Positions 27,553-42,710 of a stretch of 64,000 bases of DNA are shown one piece after another; positions within the stretch are counted from its first letter, which is position 1, and every line of letters starts with the position of its first letter. The notes under the pieces were generated by a model, which was given only the letters and a program-made list of their open reading frames with translations, did no database searches and was not told the DNA's origin. This stretch comes from Eledone cirrhosa. Its lineage: Eukaryota. Position numbers and translations under genes: made by a program. The stretch lies in NCBI GenBank assembly GCA_964016885.1, contig OZ024741.1, positions 349,928,001-349,992,000 of the forward strand, read 5' to 3'.

Positions 27553-27556
<4 letters not shown>
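26398..27556 (+). mobile_element. Family B copy 1: non-coding hammerhead-bearing element (inverted 5' arm + body + tail)
   Basis: 26410-26517 is the reverse complement of ~27361-27467. The body is homologous to 38827-39880 and 47911-48968. Confidence 0.85.
27395..27445 (+). ncRNA. Variant type-I hammerhead (CAGAAGA core); minus-strand copies at 26433-26483, 38849-38899 and 48022-48072
   Basis: agttt-CAGAAGA-tccc-gttaa-gggt-GAAA-gcag-cgattct-ttgc-TT-aaact. Confidence 0.6.
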
Positions 27557-27588
<32 letters not shown>

Positions 27589-27619
27589 GACACATATACA
27601 CACAGATACACGCACATGC

Positions 27620-27686
<67 letters not shown>

Positions 27687-28129
27687 CAATATGTTGAAAA
27701 GGTAACACACTAGAGAGAAATAGTGCGCCATCAATACAACAGGGAAAACCACCAGTGTATGGAATCTATAAACTATGGAAGGCAGGGTAGACACACAATA
27801 ATTAAAAATATAAATTAAAATGTATATACGCACTTCTATAACTATATAACACACGTACAAATCCAAAGAGATCTGTTACGCCAATAAGTTGTTGACAGAA
27901 ATGGAAAAGAAGATGGTTCATCAACGCGTGCATGACCATACATTCCAGACAACTCTAAGAGAATCTAAAGCGACCGTCCAGCTACACGCGGCAGAAAGAA
28001 GTCACAGCGTGTGTAGTGCAGTGAACCAGTGGTATCTGAGGGACGAGCTGCTAGAAAGGGCAGCCCCAAAACCACTCAAAGAAATCTGCTCAATCAAACA
28101 GAGAGGGGAAAGACTGTTATAAGGAGCGA

Positions 28130-28262
28130 AATATCACGATAAATTAACGGAGCCACAGACTCTCATATTTTTTTTTAAAGAGCTCAGGATTCCCTTTTCC
28201 TTTGAGCACATAATTTACAGGGAATAACGAGAGTCTATGGCTCCGTTAATTTATCGTGATAT
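28130..28262. repeat. Palindromic mini-element
   Basis: 'atatcacgataaattaacggagccacagactctc' pairs with 'gagagtctatggctccgttaatttatcgtgatat'. Confidence 0.8.
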
Positions 28263-28276
28263 ATATATATATATAT

Positions 28277-28550
28277 ATAATGAAGTAGAAGTCAATTTAC
28301 CTCATTTATTCGTTACATAATCACTGTTATACGTATTCACGGTAACTGTTACCTAACGGTTACCATGGAAATGCGCATGACAGCGATTGTCTAACGAATA
28401 AATATAGATAAATTCTAAACTCTTGACTTCTACTTTATTATTATACCTATACCCCGGAGTACGTACATCAACATGTATATGTCATTGAGTACTCTATCCT
28501 GCTTACACTAGTACACTGTCGCCTGATTAACTAACACAAAATATACCAAG
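28277..28550 (+). mobile_element. Fold-back + tail element in (TA)n
   Basis: Arms are 'gaagtagaagtcaa...atttattcgtta' / 'taacgaataaat...ttgacttctactt'. The tail carries a degenerate hairpin ending 'ttgagtactc'. Confidence 0.55.
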
Positions 28551-28696
28551 TATATATGTACATATATATATATATATCTCTTCATGCTTCATGTTAGCTT
28601 TACTATTATATCTATCTATCTATCTATCTCACTCTCTCTCTCTCTATAGATATAGATATATAGATACATACATACATACATACATACATACATACA

Positions 28697-28732
<36 letters not shown>

Positions 28733-29369
28733 TATGTATATATATGCATATATATAATATGTATATATATATATACATATATATAGAGAGAGGGAGAGAG
28801 AGAGAGAGAGGGGGGGCAGAGACAGTGAGAGATGAGAGAGATATATTGTAGATAAATAGATACAGAGAGATGCATACATACGGGCATATCTTTTGATATT
28901 AATGTATATCATTTTATCAATTATCAATTTTGTCTTTAAATGTACAGCAGGAAGTGTTTTATTGGGCTTTTTCTGACAGTTATGTTTAGAAACGGGAATA
29001 ATATACAACAGTTATCTTAGTGCAGTGCGACACGCATGATATTTATGGCCGATTTCACCGTTCATTTCGCTTTGTTGCTATTCCTGTTGTTGTTGCTCTT
29101 ATTATTTACGCTGGTGTTTAGCCCCAGGTCAGCCTTGATGGAGTAGAGTTATGATCAATGATACTCTTGGCAAAACAAATCTCGTTTTTTTTTTTATTGT
29201 TGTTTTTTTTTTGTTTGTTTGTTATTTTGGCTCAGACATAATGTACCTGGGACTATTTTATCGAACACGATCCTATCTGTTATACTTGCACGGTGTAATT
29301 TCAGTGGGATATGTCCGCTGATTTCTTCGCAAGTCGAGTGACCCACGTATGGGCTATTTCGTTCGTAGT

Positions 29370-29417
29370 CGTAGTCTTTGTCGTTGTTGTTGCTGTTTTC
29401 GTTGTCGTTGTTGTTGT

Positions 29418-29456
<39 letters not shown>

Positions 29457-29880
29457 GGATGGTGGTGGTGGTGTTGTTGGTTGTGGTGGTGGTGGTTGCT
29501 GTTGTTGTTGTGGTGGTTGTGGTGCTGGTGGTAGTCTTCGTTTTGTTGCTTTTGGTGGTGGTGGTCGTCGTCGTCGTCGTCGTGGTCGTCGTTGCCGTGG
29601 TGGTGGCGGTGGTGGTGGTGGTGGTTGTTGTTGTTGCGGTGGTGGTGGTGGTGGTGGTTGTTGTTGTTGCGGTGGTGGTGGTGGTGGTGGTGGTGGTTGT
29701 TGTTGTTGTGGTGGTGGTACTGGTAGTCTTCATCTTGTTGCTTTTGGTGGTCGTCGTCGTGTTGCTAGTGGTGATGGTGGTGGTGGTGGTGGTGGTGGTG
29801 GTGGTGGTGGTGGTGGTGGTGGTGGTGGTTATGATGATGATGCCGATGACGACTACGATGATGATGCTGATGTTGTTTCA
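29370..29880. repeat. Compound trinucleotide microsatellite (GTT/GAT/GGT/CGT)
   Basis: Directly visible. Confidence 0.95.
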
Positions 29881-30029
29881 CCATAGCTGAACAGATATAT
29901 AATCAATTGTGTAACTAGTAACAACGATTTTTCAAAATATTTATAAACTATATTTATCCTCTTGCAATGCTCTAAACTTTCCCTGACTTAGTAAACACGC
30001 TTGTCAGTTCCAAACGGTATGTTCTTTCG

Positions 30030-31310
30030 AATTGGCAGTATCAGTAGAGGGTCCGACACCATGCTCTGCAGCATAGAGTTATGGCCCTTTACGGTCTGAG
30101 TTCAAATCCCGCCGAAGTTAACTTTGCCTTTCATCCTTACGGGATCGATAAAATAAAGTACCAGTAATGCACTGGGATAATTCCTGGCCTTGTGCTAAAA
30201 GTAGAAACAATTATTAGTGGGTCATGGATTAGCAGAATCGGTAGAGCGTCGGACAACAAGCTTTGTGGCATAGAGTTACGGGCCCTTTATGTTTTGAGTT
30301 CAAATTCCATCGAGGTTAGCTTTGCCTTTCATTCTTACGGGGTCGATAAAATAAAGTACCAGTAATGCACTGGAGTCGATTTAATCGACTTTGCCCTTCC
30401 CCAAAATTTCTGGCCTTGTGCCTAAATCAGAAACCATTATTAGTTCGGCCGAAGGCTGGATACCTAAGACTAATAGAAGAACCCCACAAATCCACAATCA
30501 CCTTGACCCCTAAAGCGAGTGCACTCTCCCTACAGGCATATAACAGCAGGACCGAATGCCTCATATATGTGTATACTATGTATACTATGTAAACCCCACC
30601 TTAATGTTCTAACTTGTCTTTGTAATGTCTCCGTAGTCCGACGCCAGTGTGACAAATATAAGAAATCATTATTAATTTTGCAGCACAAAGTTACAGCCCT
30701 TTACGGTCTGAGTTCAAATCCCACCGAGGTTAACTTTGCCTTTCATCCTTAAGGGGTCGATAAAATAAAGTACCAGTAATGCACTGAGATAATTGCTGGC
30801 CTCGTGCCAAAAGTAGGAACAATTATTAATTACGTTGAATTGGCAGTTTCGGTACAGCATCGGACAACATGCTTTGCGGCATAGAGTTACGACTCTTTAC
30901 GTTCTAAGTTGAAACCCTGTCGAGGTTAGCTTTTCCTTTCATCCTTACGAGATCGATAAAATGAAGTACCAGTAACGCACTGGAGTCGATTTAATCGACA
31001 TTCTCCTCCCCTTAAAATTGTTGGCCGTGTGCCAAAATCAGAAACCATTGTTACAGACACCATGATTTGCAGCATAGAGTTATGCCCCTTTGCGTTTTTA
31101 GTTCAAATCTCGACGAGGTTAGCTTTACCTTTCATCTTTACGAGGTCTATAAAGTAAAGTACTAGTTATGCTCCTTTATGTTCTGAGCTCAAATCCCGCC
31201 AATTTCAACTTTGCCTTTCATCCTGCCGAGATAAAATAAGACAACAGCTACGTACTGGCGTCGATGTAATCGACTTCCTCTCCCCACAAATCGTTTGGCC
31301 TTGTGCTTAA
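30030..31310 (+). mobile_element. Cluster of about six co-oriented tRNA-SINE copies
   Basis: Meta-like cores occur at ~30120, 30320, 30735, 30930, 31120 and 31210. Confidence 0.85.
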
Positions 31311-32845
31311 ATCCACCATCCTCCGGGGAAACGTCTTCTCAATTCTGTCCGCCGGGGTCGCAGGACGGCCAGCGTATGGACCCCCATTTGCTCATAATAG
31401 TGAGAGATGGGGAGAACGGGAGTTTGGGTCTTTTGTGTTCGTACCTGGTGTTTATGTTTCACGAACACACTCTCACGCATCTAGAGCATTTCAATAAACT
31501 GTAGACTTTTTTTGTTTTTTTGTTTTTTTTAACATCAGATTTGCAAATTTCAGCCAACTTGAGGAGACTGAAGCATCTATTATTGCTTACCACTACTACC
31601 TTGGAGCTGATTGCAGACCTGTCAACTCTCTCCGTCTAATGGGGAGATCTCCCACCCACTTTAGGGTGGGTGAGAGATGTCTTCTCTTGTGAAAATGAGT
31701 GTAGCTTCCATTATGTAAAATATCCCCGTTTTGGGACACTTTATGGTACTCCTCGTTTGGGTTTTTAGGGGTTGGAAAGTCAATGATTGAATAAGTATTT
31801 TCTTCTATTTCAACGACGACAAGACTCACTTATACACGTAGCTATTCCCCAGTAATGATCTGACATCGCAATGCCTGTTTATCAGCTAATTATATTTTAA
31901 AAGAAGGCGACAGAGCCGTTACAACGTCGGATAGAATGGTCGTGGGTTCGAATCATATGTACATTAACTTTAAAAAATATAGTTGCTTTTTTCTTTTTCG
32001 GGGAGGGTTGTCATTTGTTATTTGAGCTTTGGGTTATGAGTTTAAATGTCGCTGAGGTTGAACTTTTCTTTATTATGTGAACATAATATATGCTTTAACC
32101 TTTATAAAAAAATGTGAAGCTAAATACATATCGTTAACTGTTTTCTTATTTCTTTTCTTTTTTATATATATATATTAAGAACTCATTAAAAGTAGGGCCG
32201 TAATCTATTATATGTCTAAATCTTTGTCTATGTGTATGCCACATCTCTCCTATAACGCTTTAAGCATTTACTCCTACTCTTCATCCTCGTTTCATCTCTT
32301 CTCTCTTTTTTATACGTAGCTATTACTTGTTCCTCTGCTAGTACCAAGTTGCTGACTCAATATGTTTTATTACTCTACCTCTTACTGCCACTCTTTCTCA
32401 CTTATATTATGACCACCTACTTCCACTCACCTGCCTCTTACCCTATCTTTCATTCTTTGTTATTTCTTTCACTTTCGCCTTCTACCTCTCCTCTAACTCT
32501 TTTTCTTTCAGTTTCTCCTTAACTGTCAGTCTGCATGTTTTGTTTCTCTGTAATTTAAAATTGCGTATGTATTATTATTATTTTTTTTTTTTTTTTACAT
32601 AGGCAGAAGGCCAGAAATGTTGGTAAGAAAGAAGAGTCGATTATATCAAGCAGTACTTGACTGGTAATTGTTTTGATGACCCCCGGAAGGATGAACAGTT
32701 TCAGTAATGCCAGGAAAAGCCGGATCAGAATTATAATGTCCCCTTAGCCGTTGTCACTTACATTCAGCGTCATTTTAACTTCTCTTGCTGTAACTTTCTA
32801 TCTTTTACTATTGCAATATCTTACTCGCTCTCTTTTACTTCCCCC

Positions 32846-32912
<67 letters not shown>

Positions 32913-32918
<6 letters not shown>

Positions 32919-33128
32919 GGTAAACAGAAATAACAACACAATCGGTACAGTATATGGAAGGGATATATTAGGTTAACGCTTGATATAGCAGGAAGAGGAT
33001 CTTAACGTTTTGGATGCTAGTCCTTCATCAGAAGAAAAAAATGGGAAATAAGATAGAGGGGACGGATAGGTTGGAATTGGAAAAAATGTCTTTAGATAAA
33101 AATAACAGGTCCATTCATGATGACATCT
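32913..33128 (-). mobile_element. PLE 3' end (copy of 12423-12637) with mutated hammerhead
   Basis: Near-identical to 12423-12637. The core GAAA is changed to AAAA. Confidence 0.8.
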
Positions 33129-33184
<56 letters not shown>

Positions 33185-33189
<5 letters not shown>

Positions 33190-33404
33190 ATTAAGTCAAA
33201 TATGTAAAATTTGGCTTTGTTTATTATAAATTATAGATATACTGCTATATATATTTCGGTGACAGCCATCATTGACTGTGACCTCTTCAGGCAGTCCGAA
33301 TTGGTGTGTGAAAGACAGGTACACATGTTGAAGTGTGTTTTACTCCGTCAATACATCGATATGTCCAGCTCCTGGTTGTGTTGTTATTTCTCTGAGGAAC
33401 TGGA

Positions 33405-33410
<6 letters not shown>
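33185..33410 (-). mobile_element. Family C relative (single arm) with a hammerhead at 33241-33295
   Basis: actgc-CTGAAGA-ggtcacagtca-atga-tggctgtcacc-GAAA-tatata-TA-gcagt, flanked by (TA)n. Confidence 0.8.
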
Positions 33411-33457
<47 letters not shown>

Positions 33458-34234
33458 TGTGTGTGTGATTCAGGGAATTACTGGTGGTGTTACCAATATG
33501 AGCACTTGATGCACAGGCTGAGTGTATATATTAAGAAAAACAATGAAGTTTCACTTACATGCATTTAGTCGGGGTTTTTGTTGTTGTTGTTTTGTTTTTT
33601 TTGTATCGAACTGTTACAAACGTTTCGCAGAGCATTGATTCAATGTCACCCTTAGAAGTTATGGACCTGACTCCATTATCGATCTGCTCTTCAGTTTGGT
33701 AATCCAACAAAAAATGCAGTGTTTGTTGTGATCTGTTAGATGTTGGGTATATATAATCATGGACCCTATTTCTCTCCGTGGATGTGGGCTTATGAGGTTT
33801 TATCAGGTAAAAATCAGAATATGGGCTAATGACCACTCTGCTGGGAGCTATGGAGTTAAGTACGAGTTAAATACGGTATTTGTGTCATGCTACCATGCCC
33901 CCGAGATTATTGTCTAACAGTTCATAATAAATTATTCCTTGTATATCCCACTACACACATAATAAAACAGATTCCTTCTTGAATGCTGGTCCCCTCTTAG
34001 TTACTGGGTAGATCTATACCCACAACTAAACCACTGACGACCACTGTGATAAAGTATTCATTTTTTACATCTACAGTAAAGACTGTTCAAAACGATATCT
34101 GGAGTTATGCATACAACGCTTTACAGTAATGGATACGTTGCTGTAGATTCTGTAGAGATATGTCATATGGGATTCATTTCCCAACGTTTAAAATGTTTCC
34201 AAGCCTTTTCCATTCATGGTGGACAGTCGTATCG

Positions 34235-34365
<131 letters not shown>

Positions 34366-34388
34366 GTGTGTGTGTGCGTGTGTGTGTG

Positions 34389-34432
<44 letters not shown>

Positions 34433-35186
34433 AATATATATACATGTGTGTGTGCTTGTACATCTGTATGTGTGTGTGTGTGCGCGAGAGAGAGAAAGAG
34501 AGGGAGTATGATGGTTTTACGGAGGCTCTATGATCATGACATTTCCCTTTAAAAACAGTTTTCCAAAGCCACAAAAAATATAATATATAAACACAAATAA
34601 ACCCCGCCAAAAAAAACTTACAGCATAAGTAAAACAATAAGAATAACAAAGATGACAAGAAAAACAATAACAAAAGGACAATGAAGGAAAGTTGAAAGGG
34701 GTGTGAAGTAAACATAAAACGATGATTCGCAAGAAAACTGATATTGTGTTTGGATAGAAGTGAGCTATAGATAATGATTTCTCAATTAGGCAAGAAAGAC
34801 GAGTCTATTGTGAGAATACTTTAGTTAATGTTGCTTCAGTTGTTATTGTTTAACCATAGGTCAATGCTGATTGAGCAGTCCTATGATCCGAAGGCGTGTT
34901 GTTTAGGGGCTTAGTGGTTTAGTTTGTTGGATATACGATCATAATGTCGCTGGTTTGATTCCTGGATTTGTTTGTGTGTTGTGTTCTTGTACAAAACATT
35001 TAATGTTACTCCAGTAGGCTCAGCTAAAAATGAGTATTAGCAGTCGCTGGGGATCCACCCTGCGTTGTTAGTATATGCTCATTAGAATCGATTAAATACA
35101 GATAATCTATACCTTATATGACCAGGTATTCTAGTGACGGAGCGAAAAAATGTTAAACAAAACCATTCAAATGTTACATATATATA

Positions 35187-35800
35187 CAGTGTACCCCCGG
35201 CATTTGAGGTCCTTAAATTCGCGGTCCCGGTTATTTGCGGAATATTCCTTAGAACCTAACTAATAAAATTATTTAGCTGATATAACAAAAAATATTTCCT
35301 TTACGTAAAGCGAATAGCAAGTAGGATCAATAACTGAACAAAAAATCAGGTATAGAGCAGCAATATAATGATATAATGATAACTACAAGCGGAACCAAGA
35401 GATACTTCAAAATAAAATCTCTCTATATATAGTGTACATCCGGCATTCGCGGTACCGCCATTTGCGGTCCGGGTTATTCGCTGAATTTTCCTTAGAACCT
35501 AACTAATAATTGCTCGTGGAAACCACCGCATATTTGCCGAATCGTAAATATATTCCGCGTCAATTTTATACCTTTTTTCGTGGCAATATATATTTTTTAA
35601 CGTTAAATTATTAATAACAATATACTGTATTTGCCGGTCTATTGGACGCCCCTTCGCATAAGAAGCTCCGTCTTTTTTTTTTTTTACGTTATATTTTAAC
35701 GTTTATATTCATTTTTATGGACCACGTCCAATATTCGCGGTTTTTCGGTCTTCGGTGGTGCTCTGGGAACATAATCCCCGCGAATACCGGGGCATAACTG
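35187..35800. mobile_element. Pogo/Tigger-like MITE with an internally duplicated left end
   Basis: TA|cagtgtacccccggcattt ... gaataccggggcataactg|TA. A second left-end copy 'tagtgtacatccggcattcgcgg' lies at ~35430. Confidence 0.75.
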
Positions 35801-35902
35801 TATATATATATATATATACGAGAGAGGGCTGAAAAGTTCATAGACTGACTATGAAGGAAATCTTGCATGCATTAACTCTTCTTATTAATAACTGCATTGT
35901 AA

Positions 35903-36360
35903 GGGCGGTGGATTGGCAGTATCGGTAGAGAGTCGGACACCATGCTTTGCAGCATAGAGTTACGGCCCTTTAATATTTGAATTCAAATCCCGCCGAAGTT
36001 AACTTTGACTTTTATTCTTACGGAGTCGATAAATTAAAGCACCAGTAATCTACTGGGGTCGATTTAATCGAGTTTCCCCAAAGTTTCCCCTAAAGTTTCC
36101 CCTAAAGTTTCCTTGTGCTTTAGTAGAAATCATTAATAATTTCCTTGTTTCTTTCCAGGGATTATGTTGAAAACTGAGCCTTATTTGGTCATTCCATAAG
36201 TGTATCTTGGTCAGTCTATGAACGTTTCAGCCGACCCTCCATAGCCTGAGTTCAAATCCCGCTGAGGTTAACTTTGCCTTTCATCCTTACGGGATCGATA
36301 AAATAAAGCACCAATAATACACTGGATTAATTGCTGGTCTTGTGCCAAAAGTAGAAACAA
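35903..36360 (+). mobile_element. Two tRNA-SINE copies (35903-36130 and 36245-36360)
   Basis: B-box and Meta-like cores are present. Confidence 0.8.
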
Positions 36361-36371
36361 TTATATATATG

Positions 36372-36406
<35 letters not shown>

Positions 36407-36589
36407 TTATACTTGGAGATGGTCATATTGTTGTAATATTGCCAGAAATAATAACAAAACGCACTCACTGTTTGGTTGGTTTTCGCTTCTGTATCTTTTA
36501 TATCTCCATAGTTAATTTATTTGGCAATCAATGTATATTATTGATTGACCAGCGGTTAAAAATACAGATATAAATATATATATATATAT

Positions 36590-38500
36590 CAAAGTCCATC
36601 CATTAGCATTGATTTTGCTGTGGAAAAATGTGTGGAAATAATCAGTGAGAGCGAAGTGGAGTTCTGCGACGTCAACACAGATGAACTAGGCCTCCCACTT
36701 AGACTTACTTATGACACCGAGTACCTAGATAACCATGACCTTAGCTGTTTCTGCCCCAGTAGACCTATAAGAGGTAGACCCCCACCATAACCTTAATGGC
36801 TAAAAAGACTCCCATGGGAAGATGGAATGGATGGACCAAAGCCATACGGACACCCAAAAACAATGATCAGGTGAGAAAAATGGTCGCACATGCAACAGGG
36901 GCTAGTATTAAAACTACCCTAATGGGCCATATGTTTAAATTTAACGAAAAGATCTACACCCAGAATGAGGGAGCAGCAATTGGCGTCAGCATAGCTGACG
37001 ATGTTGCCAATCTATTTATGCTATGGTGGGAGAGGGGACTCAGAGAACTCCTTGAAGAGAACTCCATAGACCTCGTCATGTACTCTCGTTACGTAGACTA
37101 TATTAATATAGTAATAAGAACACCCCCACAAGAGAGTACTAATAAACATGAATTAGAAAATAGCACAATGGAGAGCATCCAGCTGATAGCTAACTCCATA
37201 CACCAGAGTATAACTGTAATTGTTGACTACCCTTCCAAACACCATAACAATAGACTACCAGTATTAGACACGGAGCTCTGGATAAACACTATAGATGAGA
37301 GGGCCCAAATTCTCCACTCACACTATGCTAAACCCATGGCCTCCAAATACCTGATACTCAAAAACTCAGCAATGTCCAGTAGTGCTAAGTTTAATATTCT
37401 AATTGCAGACTTGGTGAGAGTGATGAAGAATGTGTCCCGCATGTGCGACCCAACTGAAATGGAAAGACACATCCAACATTTCATCAACCGCATGCAGTTC
37501 TCTGGCTACAACCAAAGAGACAGAATCGGAGTATACAAAGGAGCCATGGAGAAATATAAGACCCTCATAGAAATGGACATGAAAGGAATTTTCCCATTAT
37601 ACAGGAGCAAATTATGGAATAGCTTAGATAGGACTAAACATAAGATAGGGAAAGCCACTTCATGGTATGACAACCAGAGATACCAGAGTGTCATGCTACC
37701 CATGGAGGGAAATTAGCTAACCAATGTAGAAAGGCCCTAAGAAAGACCCATTTTAAGATTAAAGTGGTAGAAAAACCAGGAACTACCATAAAATCCCTGA
37801 TCAGCAAGACATGCCCCCTTAAGAAAACCCACTGTACAAATAAGAAATGTTTTATATGTAAAATGAACCCCTAGATAAACTGTAAAACTAGAAATGTAGT
37901 CTATAGCATAAGATGTACAGAGGGTACTTGCAGAAACATGACAACGACATACATAGGTGAGATAGCTCGAAGCATAGGAGAAAGAATAGACCAACACTGT
38001 GGGGAACTAAAAGGACAAAAAGACGGTTCAGTACTATATGAACACGCCAGATAAAGACATGACGGTAATATAGACAACATAGAAATTAAAATAATATCTA
38101 AGCATAGAAATGACTCTAGAGGTAGGCAAATCAGAGAAGCAACTGAGCAAATAAGAAGACCGAAGTTAAACAGAAAAAACGAATGGAATAACAGCAACAA
38201 CCATACCCAAACAAACAATACTGACTTAAGGGAAATATAAATAAATAAATAAATATATACACAAGTGCAATAACAACAAACATATATAAACACACACTAG
38301 TGAACAAAGATAGAATACGAAAACAAAAACACATACACTCAAACGCGAACACACACACCAAACACTATACACACACGCAAACGCATGCGCAGAGATAGAG
38401 ACAAGAAGAAATTAATTAAAATACAAATGGCATAGACATACAATACAACAGGAGGAAACATAATAGTACCACTGATGATCTGCAACGAAAGAACTTTGAT
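36590..38500 (+). mobile_element. 5'-truncated Penelope-like retroelement
   Basis: RT and GIY-YIG coding remnants plus 3' UTR, (TA)n at both ends, and a degenerate CTGATGA...GAAA at ~38472-38490. Confidence 0.85.
36796..38200 (+). pseudogene. PLE reverse transcriptase + GIY-YIG endonuclease, disrupted
   Basis: RT motifs YTQNEGAAIG, YSRYVDY(D)I and LPVLD. After a frameshift it reads CKTRNVVYSIRC...TYIGEIARSIGERIDQH...RQIREA...LNRKNEWN, with stops. Confidence 0.88.
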
Positions 38501-38752
38501 GAATATATATATATATATATGTATTTATATCTGTATTTTTAACCGCTGGTCAATCAATGATATACATTGATTGCCAAATAAATTAACTATGGAGATATAA
38601 AAGATACAGAAGCGAAAACCAACCAAACGGTGAGTGTTTTCTGTTATTATTTCTGGCAATATTACAACAATATGACCCTCCCCAAGTATAACAATATTTG
38701 TTTCGACACACGATTTCATATCAAAAACCTTGCAAAACAAATTCATATATAA

Positions 38753-38826
<74 letters not shown>

Positions 38827-38832
<6 letters not shown>

Positions 38833-39946
38833 TAAAATAACAGATTAAAGTTTAAGCAAAGAATCGCTGCTTTCACCCTTAACGGGATCTTCTGAAACTA
38901 ACAAAGTCAATCTGTAAACGCAGAACTGGATATTTCAAAAAACGTTGCAACCGGAGGAAGACAGGAAGACGATACTTTGGTTCGTGGTAACGTTCGCTGG
39001 CAAAGAACGGGAAAAAACGAATAATACGTCATCAATAGGAGCGGTGAAAAACAATTACGCGCAAAGACAAAACCACGTTTATGATATAAAAGAGGTCGTA
39101 GACTAATGTTCTCTTAGGTGGTGCATAGAGACGTTCTCTGGCAATGAACGAAAAAACGAAGATAATAAGTCATATGTGGAGCGTGGAGAACAATAGCACG
39201 CAAAGACAAAACCACGTAAATGGTATAGCAGAAATCGTAGACTAAAATTCTAACTAGGAGACCAAATGAATCTCCGCTACAGAGTTAAGAACAAAGTAAA
39301 TAAATACAATACAGAAGTAATAGAAACAAATAAATACATACACGCAAACAGATACGTACATACACAAGCATACGCAAAACCTTACCATGGGTATACAAAA
39401 CCACGCACATATAAATATGTGTGTGTGTGTATGCTTGTGTACAAATAAATAAATAATTATATAAACGTATATAAGTAAATAAATACGTATATAACAAGCG
39501 CACACGCATACCTACATATAAATACACGAATGTTCGGAGACGTAAGTCAACTAAAACAAGAAGTACACATATACACACACCCACCATACGTACGAACCTG
39601 CACACTCGCGCGGACGCAAAACTCCCGTATACACATAGCCAAACCCTAAATACCAAAATATGTAAAAATTATACGCTATAACAGTCAAATATACGTACGA
39701 GAAGGTATACATACCTTCACAAAACATACGGGTAACATATACTTACCTATGCAAATAAGTAAAGGAATAAACAAAACATATACTTAGCTCCCACATCAAG
39801 ACGTAAAATATCCACGTATAGATCGTGCTATCCGTTAGGGTATAACGTGGGGCTGTAATACAGGAAAGTTTTGTGCAATTTATATTTACAAGCCCTCTTT
39901 GGATTTTAGTCTTCAATTTTATTATTATTACTATTATTATTATTAT

Positions 39947-39950
<4 letters not shown>
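38827..39950 (-). mobile_element. Family B copy 2 (long minus arm + plus-strand tail fragment 39890-39950)
   Basis: Homologous to 26520-27467 and 48000-48968. Confidence 0.85.
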
Positions 39951-39976
<26 letters not shown>

Positions 39977-39977
<1 letters not shown>

Positions 39978-40150
39978 GGAAGAGCACTGGAAGGTAATAT
40001 CCGTAGTGGTAGAGCACTCAGTCCATGGGACGAGTTTGGGAGAATTAGTAAAACAACAGTTAGTTCTCCATACCGAGAACAATTGTTTCACCTCAGCGGT
40101 TCTTCAGCTCGTACACGCGCTGAAGATCCGCTAAGGGGAAACAATTCGTT
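39977..40150 (-). mobile_element. Family F short element (tail + hammerhead + partial inverted hammerhead)
   Basis: Homologous to 46361-46431, the 3' end of the RT-encoding PLE. Confidence 0.75.
40074..40111 (-). ncRNA. Minimal type-I hammerhead ribozyme
   Basis: cgag-CTGAAGA-acc-gctga-ggt-GAAA-c-aatt-g-TT-ctcg. Confidence 0.8.
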
Positions 40151-41265
<1,115 letters not shown>

Positions 41266-41723
41266 GCAAATGTATGGCATCGTATCAATATAAAATATTT
41301 TATCGCTTATGAACCCAAAAACTGTGACTAGTTATTTTGACATGGTGTTATTTGAACTCATAACGATGAAATATCGAATCTCTCGTCTAATCCCTGTACT
41401 ATCTCGACCATCTCCGCTACCCTAAACATTTTACCCCCTTTTCCACGATATATATTTATATAACCCACCGCCTCACCCACAGTCCAAGAGTGTCACGATA
41501 TGCTGGAACTCTCAGAATACAAAAAAATAAAACTTATATTAACAACAACAAAAAAAATGAAGAACCAGAACCGCTATTACTACTACAACAACTACTACTA
41601 CTACTACTGCTGCTGATGTTACTACTACTACTACTATAACTGTTGCTGTTACTACTACTACTACTACTACTACTATTACTATTACTACTACTACTACTAT
41701 TACTGCTGCTGCTGCTGCTGCTG

Positions 41724-41756
<33 letters not shown>

Positions 41757-41864
41757 AGAAAAAGAAAAAGAAGACTTTTACGGCAGCAATGTCAACAACA
41801 AGAGTGTCAACAAGATTCATTCATTATCAAAGATACGGGTGGGCGGAACGTGTGATAAAAAATA

Positions 41865-41931
41865 TCAAAACAAAACATACACACACACATACACACATGA
41901 ATTCACACAGATACTCATAGAAATTCACTCT

Positions 41932-41972
<41 letters not shown>

Positions 41973-42140
41973 ACACACATACACACATGAATTCACACAG
42001 ATACTCATAGAAATTCACTCTCACATACACACACACACACACACATACACACACACATACACACATGAATTCACACAGATACCCATAGAAATTCATTCAC
42101 ACATACACACACACACACACATACACATAGGAATTCACTC
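41865..42140. repeat. Short tandem array of a CA-embedded unit 'catgaattcacacagatactcatagaaattcactc'
   Basis: Three copies are visible. Confidence 0.85.
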
Positions 42141-42299
42141 ACACTTACATATAAATTCGCTCACACATACACGTATACATTCACTCACACACACACACAC
42201 ACACACATGCACACATACACACATACCCACACACACACATACGCACACATACGCACACAGAGACAGACACACACATGTACACACAGACATAGACACACT

Positions 42300-42334
<35 letters not shown>

Positions 42335-42672
42335 TGGACAACTGTTATTAAAATTCCTGGCTTAAGTACTTCGAAAATTGGTAAATGCTGTCTGTGATGA
42401 AGAAATAACAGAGAGGAGGAGGGTGGCAGAAGAAGAAGAAGAAGAAGAAGAAGAAGAAGAAGAAGAAGAAGAATTAGTAAACTCCAGTTGGTTCGGACGA
42501 TGGGTAAATAAACAGTATCCTAAAGAAAAGTGGTATGTCTTTGATAAAACTTGTCTGATAAGTTTTGGACAGCAAATGACCCAGGCTCTATTTTAACTTA
42601 GCACTTCATCAGTGTAGCCTTTGGAATAGTTGAAATATTTGCTGGGAGGTTTCGATGTTTATGTTTGTGTAT

Positions 42673-42710
<38 letters not shown>

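Larger units (their letters stand above)
36402..38697. repeat. ~175-bp inverted arms (36402-36577 / 38523-38697) enclosing a PLE
   Basis: The arms are near-identical reverse complements. ORFs 36385(+) and 38525(-) translate almost identically. Confidence 0.9.

Noticed and set aside
27889-28122. 77-aa ORF faintly resembling a GIY-YIG C-terminus (HQRVHDH...VQLHA...HS)
   Set aside because: The motifs are too weak to call without an HMM search.
29194-29890. Thr-, Gly- or Val-rich ORFs
   Set aside because: This is a compound trinucleotide microsatellite open in several frames.
37716-38200. Selenocysteine or other recoding in the PLE ORF
   Set aside because: The interruptions are TAG stops and frameshifts, consistent with decay.
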